Of a stretch of DNA of 64,000 nt, positions 13,835 to 30,059 are shown piece after piece; the first letter of the stretch is position 1; the number at the start of each line of letters is the position of its first letter. The DNA lies in the NCBI RefSeq assembly GCF_009914755.1, contig NC_060929.1. The stretch is one strand, 5' to 3'. The notes below the pieces were generated by a model, which was not told the origin of the DNA, made no database searches, and worked only from the letters and a program-made list of their open reading frames with translations. This DNA comes from the human T2T-CHM13v2.0 reference genome, Homo sapiens. A program made the translations under genes and the position numbers.

Positions 13835-15529
13835 TTAATTGTGAGGTGCCAATGTGCCCTTTTCTTCTTGTTGAGTTAATTATTCATAGTAGGTTATTAA
13901 ATTTGAAAACCACATAATCAACTGCAAATTTTTTAAATGTGGCTGTAAGTTCCCATCTACCTTTAGATACATAAAATAGGCAAAAAGTGTTTTGATTTTC
14001 AAAGAAGAGGAGTTCTCTCTTAATTAAAAGTCTGTGAAAGCCAAGGAGACTTTCAAATTTTTTTAAAGACCCCTTGTGTGAAATTTGCAATACATTTTTG
14101 AAATATGCCGCTGTCACAGCTGCCGTCTGATGAGGCTTGGGTTCCAATCTGTGCCTCTCCAGCAGTCTGTGCCACCATTGCTGCCAGGTGGCATCAGCTC
14201 CCGCTCAGCATCCTCCTCCTGTCTGCCATGAGGGAATAAAGCCGCATCTCCCTGGGAAGCTCCCACCGGTGACTCGGAAGAAATCTGTCTGCAGAAAAGA
14301 GATGGCAAGCATACTTGGAAATTTGAATTATTGCTGTAATCAGCACATTGCTTTCCTCCTTGTATTGAACCTTTGACATTGAAACAGTTTGCTTATACGT
14401 AGTTACAATATTTGTAATTTGCTTTGGGTTGAATTAAATGTAGTCATAGTTGTTTGTGGCTTTGAAGGAAGCAGAAAATATTTGTCTGCAAATTTAATGA
14501 AAATGAAATTAGCAAACTGATACTCAAGTAAGTCACCTTAAAACTTTGGTAATTACCAACTTATTATTTATTTTAAGAAAGTACCGTTAGAAGTGTCTAT
14601 TTTAATTGGGCTGAGCCTAAAATTTAAAAAAAAAAAAAAAAAAAGCCTTACATAGAAAACATCTTTGTTGCTCCAAAGAAAAGTAGGTAATCCTTGGTTT
14701 AAGGCTAAGTATGCACATAAAGAAAATCAGAAAATGGAAGAAAAATGCTGAGAGCATCTGTAAACTTGGGCCTGCATCTTTTGTACTCCAAGGACAATTG
14801 TAGTAATTGTGCTGATGAAAGAAAATTTATGGATATAAGTCACTTGTGCCAATACAGCTCTGGCATATAGCTGTGGGTGCAGTTGGTGACTACAAAATCA
14901 GCCATTTGCAAGAAGACTTTTTTTCACCTTCAAAAGCTCCTCAAAGATTTTCCATCAATCCTTCACTATTAAATAGTGCATATCTTACTTTTTTCTTCTT
15001 AGACCATTGGAAAGACATTGGCGAGATTCCTGATCAATTTATATCCCAACATTGTATGACATTAAGGAAGAAATTTTCAGTCACTTCAAAATTGATTTCT
15101 TAAGCTGCCAACTTGCTTATACTATTATGGTAAGAACTTATAAAGCAAATAAAATCGCTTTCTACCTATAAAAGTGAGATTTGAAATCAACTTGCTGTCT
15201 AACCACAATATGTGGTGATTACAGAAATGCCAGCAAAAATAGCTCTTCATAAGAAAGATCATGCAGCCATGTCATAAAGTCATTTTCCTACTATTAGTTC
15301 TGCATCAACTCTCCCAAAACAGCATGATTTTACATTTCTTAAATATTTAATTTGTGTAACATGAGCACTTTTTGTACATGGTGGAGAAAAAAATTAACAT
15401 AAGTGCAGGATAAAGTAAAATAATTACAATTTCCAAGGCTGTGCTTTCATTTTAGTGTTTAGATCTCTTATATACAAATATTCTTCAACATATACAATAC
15501 ACCTAACTCATATAACTAATCTTATTTTT

Positions 15530-15665
15530 CAGAGCTAGGAGTTGGGGAGGCAAGTGAGATGCCTAAGGCACAAAACTTAAGGAGATAGAGGGTTTTGGGG
15601 TCCTATCATACACTTATACTTTGCATCTGAAATGCCTCACCTGCCTCACGCTTATCCCAGCACTC
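15530..15665. mobile_element. hAT-type MITE (MER96/MER91-like)
   Basis: Degenerate terminal inverted repeats GAGGCAAGTGAGATGCC.../...GCCTCACCTGCCTC. Confidence 0.5.
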
Positions 15666-15880
15666 CTGCTCCTAGTCCCACAGGAGTAACAGCCAATCTG
15701 CCATATTCATATTCAGATAGCTGTTGTTTTGTCCAATCACAAGTGTCTGGATATAGTTGCTTCCAAACTCGTCGTTTACATTAGGTATATCTCCTAAAGC
15801 TATGCCTCCCCCATCCTGCCACCCCAAAACAGGCCCCGGTGTGTGATGTTTCCCTTCCTGTGTCCATGTGTTCTCATTGT

Positions 15881-19692
<3,812 letters not shown>

Positions 19693-19755
19693 TATGATGT
19701 TAGCCGGATATTTTGCTCATTAGTTGATGCAGTTTCTTCCTAGCATTGATGCTCT

Positions 19756-20770
19756 TTACAATTTGGCATGTTTTTGCAGTGGCTGGTACCAGTTGTTGCT
19801 TTCCATGTTTAGTATTTCCTTCAGGAGCTCTTGTAGGGCAGGCCTGGTGGTGACAAAATCTCTCAGCATCTGCTTGTCTGTAAAGTATTTTATTTCTCCT
19901 TCATTTATGAAGCTTAGTTTGGCGGGATATGAAATTCTGGGTTGAAAATTCTTTTCTTTAAGAATGTTGAATATTGGCCCCCCCTCTCTTCTGGCTTGTA
20001 GAATTTATGCTGAGAGATCCGCTGTTCGTCTAATGGGCTTCCCTTCATGGGTAACCCAACCTTTCTCTCTGGCTGCCCTTAACATTTTTTCCTTCATTTC
20101 AACCTTGGTGAATCTGACAGTTATGTGTCTTTGAGTTGCTCTTCTCAAGGAGTATCTTTGTGGTGTTCTCTGTATTTCCTGAATTTCAATGTTGGCCTGC
20201 CTTGCTAGATTGGGGAAGTTCTCCTAGGTAATATCCCAAAAAGTGTTTTCCAACTTGGTTCCATTCTCTCCGTCACTTTCAGGTGCGCCAATCAGACATA
20301 GATTTGGTCTTTTCACATAGTCCCATATTTCTTGGAGGCTTTGTTCATTTCTTTTTATTCTTTTTTCTCTAAACTTCTCTTCTCGCTTCATTTCATTCAT
20401 TTGATCTTCCATCACTAATACCCTTTCTTCCAGTTGATCAAATCAGCTACTGAAGCTTGTACATTCATCACATAGTTCTTGTGCCATGGTTTTCAGCTCC
20501 ATCAGGTCCTTTAAGGACTTCTCTGCATTGGTTAGTCTAGTTAGCCATTAGTCTAATCTTTTTTCAAGGTTTTTAATTTCTTTGCCATGGGTTCGAACTT
20601 CCTCCTTTAGCTCAGAGTAATTTGATCGTCTGAAGCCTTCTTCTCTCAACTCGTCAGTCATTCTCCATCCAGCTTTATTCCATTGCTGGCAAGGAGCTGC
20701 GTTCCTTTAGAGGAGGAAAGGCGCTCTGATTTTTAGAATTTTCAGTTTTTCTGCTCTGTTTCTTCCTCAT
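19756..20770 (-). pseudogene. L1 ORF1, disrupted
   Basis: Begins MRKKQSRKTENSK; contains NEQSLQEIWDYVKRPNL; premature stop at 20224. Confidence 0.88.
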
Positions 20771-21345
20771 CTTTGTGATTTTACCTACCTTTAGTCTTTG
20801 ATGATGGTGACGTACAGATGGGGTTTTGGTGTGGATGTCCTTTCTGTTTGTTAGTTTTCTTTCTAACAGTCAGGACCATTAGGTGCAGGTCTGTTGGAAT
20901 TTGCTAGATGTCCACTTCATACCCTGTTGGCCTGGTTATGAGCAGCGGAGGCTGCAGAACAGTGAATATTGCTGAACAACAAATGTTGCTGCCTGATCGT
21001 TTCTCTGGAAGTTTTGTCTCAGAGGAGTACCCGGCTGTGTGAGGTGTCAGTCTGCCCCTACTGGGGGGTGCCTCACAGTTAGGCTACTCAGGGGTCAGGG
21101 ACCCACTTGAGGAAGCAGTCTGTCCGTTCTCAGATCTGAAGCTGCGTGCTGGGAGAACCACTACTCTCTTCAAAGCTGTCAGACAGGGACATTTAAGTCT
21201 GCAGAGGTTTCTGCTGCCTTTTGTTTTGGGATGCCCTGCCCCCAGAGGTGGAGTCTACTGAGGCAGGCAGGCCTCTTTGAGCTCTGGTGGGCTCCACCCA
21301 GTTCGAGATTCCCAGTGGCTTTGTTTACCTAATCAAGCCTTGGCA

Positions 21346-21804
21346 ATGGTGGGCGCCCCTCCCCCAGCCTCACTGCAGCCTTGCAGTTTGATCTCAGACT
21401 GCTTTGCTAGCAATGAGCGAGGCTCCATGGGCGTAGGACCCTCCGAACCAGACACGGGATATAATCTCCTGGTGTGTCGTTTGCTAAGACCATTGGAAAA
21501 GCACAGTATTAGGGTGGGAGTGACCCAATTTTCCAGATGCCATCTGTCACCCCTTTCCTTGGCTAGAAAAGGGAATTCCCTGACCCCTTGCACTTCCCAG
21601 GTGAGGCGATGTCTCGCCCTGCTTCAGCTCACACTCAGTGTGCTGCACCCACTGTCCTGCACCCACTGTCTGTCAATTCCCAGTGAGATGAACCTGGTAC
21701 CTCAGTTGGTGATGCAGAAATCATTCGTATTCTGCATCGCTCACGCTGGGAGCTGTAGACTGGAGCCGTTCCTATCAGCCATCTTGGCTCCGCCACCTGT
21801 ATGA
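21346..21804 (+). CDS. L1 antisense ORF0 homolog, extended to 152 aa (translation unproven)
   Basis: GCAATGG Kozak context; MVGAPPPASLQPCSLISDC.. matches the ORF0 N-terminus; the frame stays open to a TGA in flanking DNA. Confidence 0.5.
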   Translation: MVGAPPPASLQPCSLISDCFASNERGSMGVGPSEPDTGYNLLVCRLLRPLEKHSIRVGVTQFSRCHLSPLSLARKGNSLTPCTSQVRRCLALLQLTLSVLHPLSCTHCLSIPSEMNLVPQLVMQKSFVFCIAHAGSCRLEPFLSAILAPPPV

Positions 21805-21947
21805 TCTGTTTTTCTAATGACTTGGGGTCATCTATGGCTATGTCAAAAACTGAAACTTTGACCACAAGATTAATGATCACTTTTCCCCATCACTGACTGT
21901 GATTAAAACAAATTAAAACATTACGGTTTTCAAAGCCATCCACATTG

Positions 21948-22155
21948 TTTTTTTGGTTTTTGTTATTGTTGTTGTTGTTTTGCTTTTCTGAGTCAGGGTC
22001 TCACTCTGTCACCCAGGCTAGGGTGCTGTGTCATGATCATGGCTGACTGCAGCCTCAGACTCCTGGGCTCAAGTAATCCCCTCACCTCAGCCTCCCAAGT
22101 AGCTGACACTGCAGGAGCACATCAACACATCTGGCCAATGTTTTTAAATTTTTTT
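21948..22155 (-). mobile_element. 5'-truncated AluJ (right arm)
   Basis: Right monomer plus linker only; TSD CAAAGCC(A/C)TCCACATT. Confidence 0.8.
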
Positions 22156-22409
22156 CAAAGCCCTCCACATTCTTACAGTTTTTTTTTTTATTGATTCATA
22201 TTTATGCCTTACTTTTAATGCTGAAATATACCTTCTAAAACTTATTCCTGCCACTGAATTACCTCAGGCAAGTAACAATCCAGCACTTTTTGTACAGGAA
22301 TACAATCTGAATAGTGATGAGTCTATGAAAAAATACAATCTTTTGCTGTAACAAGACATTAAGTAATATTGAGAGAATTTAGAAAATGTGACTAAATCCC
22401 AAAATATTG

Positions 22410-22719
22410 TTTTTTTGGTTTTTATTTTTTTTTTTTTGAGATGGGGTCTCACTCTGTCACCCAGGCTGGAGCGCACTGGAACGATCTCTGCTCACTGCAA
22501 CCTCCGCCTCCCCAGTTCAAGTGATTCTCCTGCCTTGGCCTCCTGAATAGCTGGGATTACAGGCATGCACCACCATGCCTATCTAATGTTTGTGTTTTTA
22601 GTAGAGACAGGGTTTCACCATGTTGGCCAGGCTGGTCTCAAACTCCTGACCTCAGGTGATCCACCTGCCTCAGCCTCCCAAAGAGCTGGGATTAAAGGTG
22701 TCAGCCACCATGTCCGGCC
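22410..22719 (-). mobile_element. AluS
   Basis: Full antisense dimer. Confidence 0.92.
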
Positions 22720-23483
22720 TGTATTTTATTTTAATAATACTTACCAAATTATGGTTTGAAAACTTATTGGTAATATGAGTGAAATGGCCGAGGAGGAACC
22801 TCTGGCAATTGCTTCTATAATAAGTCATCACTGCTTTTCAGTCAAAGGTTACAAATATAAGTTATGGTATCTTTGCATTGTGTGTTTTTTAGTAAGGAAT
22901 TCTATGGAGAATAATGCTTAGAAATTTGTTTCTGAAGCATTTCAAAAAGAATACATTGGGACTAATGGGCTATTTTCCCATGGGGAAGAATTTAGAACTG
23001 AAGTTCAGGAGAGTGGGCCTGACAACCTGCCCAGAGAGCTTGTCCATCTTTACTTTCTGGAGATCTTTGTCTCCAATTTTTTGTCCTTTTCTGCAGAACC
23101 CACTTGGCTAAACTTTCCTTTCACCACATAATATTCTTCCCTAGCATGGTCAGTGAATTCTGCTAAAATAACAGCACATAGCATTCATTCTGCATTGACT
23201 GTGGCTTGAGTGGTTATAGGTGTAAAGAAATTGACAGTTACAGCCAGGATTCCTGGCTAGGGAGTGGGCAAAAAGGGGCCTCTCCACAATCACAGGGTTG
23301 TCTTGATGCTCCTGACACCCCCAAGGCTGCAGAGAAGCCAGTCAAAACATCTGTATTCCTCACTCCCAGCCCTCACCTCAGACAGAAGCTTCTGGAAGTT
23401 CCCCAGCAGACGCTCAGGCTCTCTGGAGACCATGGTGGAGACCTAAACTACAGTGAGGACTATTGATCAGAGAGATGAACAAG

Positions 23484-23568
23484 CCCTGATAGCAAATCCA
23501 GCAGAAACCTCACCACTTTTTTTTCCCTGATAGCAAATCCAGCAGAAACCTCACCCCCTTTTTTTTTT
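23484..23568. repeat. Tandem duplication, ~41-bp unit x2
   Basis: The 31-bp sequence CCCTGATAGCAAATCCAGCAGAAACCTCACC occurs twice, each copy followed by a T run. Confidence 0.9.
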
Positions 23569-25762
23569 CTCCCTGAAGACCTTTTCAAACCCTTCTCTAT
23601 TCACTGAGTAGAAAGCAATAAATTAGAGCAGCAGGCTCAGAACTTGGAAGGCTCTGGCGGACAGGGTTAGGCTGAGTTATTGTTTTCTGTAACCCTCCTG
23701 CCTGCCCAGGAGTCATACATAATGGAGAAGGAGGTAAATAAGAATTAAATACCTGAAGTCTCTTTTTTCTTCTGTCCTTGATTACACCACTATTTTATTT
23801 ATGATTCCCCAAAGAGAAGGAAACTTCCCTTATGTGCCACTGCTTCTGTAAATTGTTAAAGAATCACAAAAATGAAATACTTCACAGAAGGTTTTTCTCT
23901 ATTATCTCTTTCCTGCCGTACTGACCCTTTAGAAGTGATGGTTTACCCATATGTGTTCCGGCTCACCTCTGCCATAGCCACCCGATCCCCATCACCCCCA
24001 GCTACAACCAGCTATAATCTCGCTGTATCTTATTTGCCAGTGGAGATCAAATGTATCTTAAGTCCGCACTGAGCTTGGTATAGTGTTACTAGTAGCGTCC
24101 AGGTTTTGCTTTATATAATATTGTTTTGCATCTCAGGGACAGTGTGCATGGCACACAGTGTACATTCTTTGTTTCATCTCTGCCTGAGAATTGAGTGCAC
24201 AACACATGGGAGCAGGGAATAGGGGAAATGCAAACAGCTTAGGTTTGGTTTGGTTTTAAATACTATTCTCAATAGCTTGGTGGGGGATGGGAAGTAGGGA
24301 GTGTTTGTGTGAATTATTTGTGTAGTCTCTCAAGATGTCACTTTTCTTTGCCCAAAGATCAAAGAAAAATGTGTACAAACGAGAATACAAGGCTGTCTCA
24401 TTCTGAATCTTTTTGGAAATTTCCAGCATTCAGTTATTTCCTCTAAACCAAATTTCAGGATTTTTGTTTCATACCCCTTACCCCTACCACCAGGAACTTT
24501 AAGAGACTGGGGATACAGGTTCTTCTTTCATGTTCTCTTCCTGCTAGAGGAAATGCCTTCTTAATAGAAAGGACTTGGAGTGTGAATAACAGGTTAGATG
24601 ATGTCAAAGAAGAGACCAACATGATACCAGAAAGAGAAAGTCTTTGTGAAATAATTCTCCACAGATTCAAGGGGAAAAAAATGCAATGGAAAATAAAATC
24701 TGACACACATGACAGGCAGGATTCTTTAAGGACTTAAGTTAACCAAATATTCTCATTTTCTACCTTTTAAGACTTATTGTATGTGCTGTTCCATCAGACC
24801 AAAATAAGGCAGGTTTGAGGGAGAAATAAAGCCCAAAATGGAGGACACATTACACTGAAATTGCATTAAGGAGTGGTTTATTCATGGGAACGCAGCTATA
24901 CGAACTCTGAGTCAGAGATATTAATAGTAGGCAAACTTGCCCACATTGATTCACTGAGTTCACATCAAGCTCCACAGTTTGCCTGACATGAAGCCTTTGA
25001 GTCTGTTGCCCCTCCATGAGTCTCAGCTCTGTGTGCCCTCATAGTGACTGCACTGTATTTTTTTCATAGAGGCTCTTTATTTTATACTATGTACACTATA
25101 TATCTATTCATATCATATATATATAATATATATGGCATTGTATACCCAAATCATATTCTGTATCAGCAATTTAAGGGGATTTCAAGAGCACTTTTGTCTT
25201 TACTCAATTTTCATTTCACATACTGACTTTACAAGTTAACTTCCATGTGTGATCACTGTAATAATTAAGCTGTTTTGATTAATTATTACAAATTACCATA
25301 GCTGCAGTAACTGAAGGGCCCTGAAGGTGCATTCATGCAAAGTTCGCTAGCGATGCTTGAAGAATCACAGAAAATGCAAAGATACCAGAAGAGAGAGAAA
25401 TGGAAAAATTAACCAATTTTCTAAAGAAAGATAAAAATATATTCCAGAAATTAAAAACCATCAAATTAATTTGATACCAATATCTAGAAACAAAATACAA
25501 TTTTAAGATATTTAAATAACTCGGAAGCATTTGGGAAATACAATTAGCAAATGTAATTATACTATGAATAATTCATAGCAAACAAGGCTAATTTAATTTT
25601 TTGACCATACTTTCACTGTTTTTTTAAGGAAAAGTCATAAAAATGGTATATCTTAATTTTATTCTATTCTAATAGACAAAATAGAGAATAATATTAATTT
25701 ATGGATTGCATCAAATTAGAGGGAGCTTGCAGTGGAGTCCTTTATTATTTTGCACTTAGAAA

Positions 25763-26183
25763 TGCCATGGTTTAAATATTTGTCACCTCCAAAACTCATG
25801 TTGAAATTTAATCCTGAAGGTGGAAATATTGAGAGGTGGGACTTTTAAGAGTTATTTGGGCCATGAGGGCCCTGCCCTCATGAATGGATTAATCCATGCA
25901 CAGATTAGTGGATTAACGGGTTATCATGGGAGTGGGACTGGTGGCTCTATAAGAAGGAGAAAAGAGACCTCAGTTAGCACACTTAGGCCTCCTTACCATG
26001 TGATGTCCTCTGCTGCCTCAATACTCTTCAGAGAATCCTCACCAGCAAGAAAGCCCTCACCAGATGTGGCCCTTTAACTTTGCACATGTGAGCATCCATA
26101 ACTATAAAAAATAAATACGTTTTCTTTATAAATTACCCAATTTTAAGTATTCTGTTATAAGCAACAGGAAATTTATCAAGACA
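25763..26183 (+). mobile_element. MaLR solo LTR (MSTB2/MSTD-like)
   Basis: TGCCATGGTTTAAATATTTGTC...AATAAA...GTATTCTGTTATAAGCAACA...AAGACA. Confidence 0.8.
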
Positions 26184-27158
26184 GTCCCATCTTGTCCAAC
26201 ATTTCTCTTTAACATCTTGGATGAAAAGCATAGAACAATTATACCTTGTTTGTGGATTTAAAAAAGCTGAACAGGAAAGCAAACACAGACAATTAGTATT
26301 GCCCGCCCCCCTCCCCTCCCCACACACACATGAGTAAACCTCATTAAACTAAAACTGAAGAGCAAAGCTAATAAAACTTCATTTAATCGGGAGAAATATA
26401 AAGTCTTCATTAAGGTGCAAAATTTAATTTTCCATGCACAGGATTAAGTAGATCCGTCTTGAAAACACATCTTTGGAAAAAAAACTGTTCTTTTTGTGGA
26501 CTGAATATGCAACAGGAGTCAATCATGTGATGTATCTACCAAAAAACAACTGCAATCTTTAGTTACATTTTCAGTCCCCAAGAAAACGGGAGATTATCTG
26601 CCCACTGTGCTCCATACTAGTTGACGACACGTGGAGTATCGTCTTGACTTAAGGGGGATGCACCTTAAATCTAATCCATCTTTAACATGACAGCTTTTCA
26701 AATATTTGAAGACAGCTTCCAAGCTGCCTTTTCCAAGCTAAGCATCCCTCTTCCCAATAGAACAAGTTGTTATGTCACCAGGACAATTCCTTGTTAAAGA
26801 CACTGCCCTCTACACATTTGTCAGCAACTCTTTGTAGTTATGTCATACAACTGAATGGGATGAACAGGATTGAACAGGATGTTCCAGATGTAGAATGACT
26901 GGCATAGAAGAGAGTAGGACCTTCACCTGCCCTGTGCAAGTTATTCTTCTATTAACCAAATCTAAAATTACAGTGCAGCTACATTATATATATACTTGCA
27001 TTTAATTTATACTAATTCTACTATGTGTTTCACCAAAAATAAATTGAAAAGGATACTGCTCACTCAGTGAACACATGCTCCAGAGTAAACATGAAATGAG
27101 CAATGTGAATGGGGCATTCACGTTTCACAAATTGAACAGTTTTGATGGTGAGGGCAAA

Positions 27159-27246
27159 GTGTCACTCACCCTTATGCTTATGAGTGTCACTTATGACACT
27201 TAGGAGTGTCATTCATAAGCATAAGGATGAGTGTCACTCATCCTTA
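27159..27246. repeat. Nested inverted-repeat / fold-back cluster
   Basis: 24-bp arms matching 22/24 (27163-27186 vs 27210-27233) and a perfect 12-bp hairpin at 27222-27246. Confidence 0.9.
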
Positions 27247-27396
27247 CTGCTGTCCTTATGGGAAATTTCAGATTTTCAAGATACCTTTGACTTGATGAGA
27301 ATTTTGTCTTTTTGTCACTTTTGATAACAACATGAGATTCAAGTCTTCTGTATTTTTTTTCTTTTTGGCAGTCACCTCACGTTGTTGAATTTATAG

Positions 27397-27711
<315 letters not shown>

Positions 27712-28001
27712 TAACAACAGTCTTTTCATACAAACACATTTATATAAAAATGTAAATCAATTCTGCTCTATCTTATACTTTTAGAGTTGTTTTGTTTTGT
27801 TTGAGCCTAAGTACAGGATTTTATGTTTATTCCTATTACATTTCTTCCTATTACATACGACTCATCATTCCATATTAATGATTTAGGGGATCAAATTGCT
27901 ATTAATATTATATTCAGCCTTGTGTCATCTAGTTTCCATAATAAACCAAAGCCTACAGCCTCCCTCTTGGTTGCCATTGCTGATTCATTAAGACTTTTGC
28001 A

Positions 28002-28052
28002 CATGTAACAAACCTGCACATATACCCCCTGAATCTAAAATAAAAGTTGAAA
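28002..28052 (+). mobile_element. 51-bp extreme 3' end of L1 (L1PB-like)
   Basis: CATGTAACAAACCTGCACATATACCCCCTGAATCTAAAATAAAAGTTGAAA between perfect 12-bp TSDs AAGACTTTTGCA. Confidence 0.85.
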
Positions 28053-28152
28053 AAGACTTTTGCATGAATTACTATATTTCACTGATTCTAAAGTGAATAT
28101 CTCTTTCACATTTTACATATTTGAAATTATGGCTTAAAATCAGTGGGATCTT

Positions 28153-29611
<1,459 letters not shown>

Positions 29612-30059
29612 AAAATCAATGTGATCTTAAAATCCCTGTTGGCCAGGTGATAGCCATGATATGGCAGTCATTACCTATAGATGCACAAACATGGTCATTG
29701 CTGCTCATATTATCAGCACTTCACATGAGTTACATGTACTGTTGAGATTTCTCATGTTAACTTTAAAATTTCTTCAAAAAGATTACACTATGATTTGTTA
29801 CTAAAACAAAAAGTTATAATAGGCATGGAATAGCACAGAAACAGAGCAATGAGGTACACATTTCATATTAATCAGCAAATAATAGCCATTGGGGTAATGA
29901 CCACACTCTGTGTTTTCTTGTGAATGGCACGACCTAGGAAAGAAGTGTCATAAGTTCATGAAAATGTGCTGCATTTTATTCCTGAGATAAGTACAAAAGG
30001 ACCATCAAGTGACAAGTAATGTATTTAAGAGAAATTAAATATATTTAAGAGAACTATGA

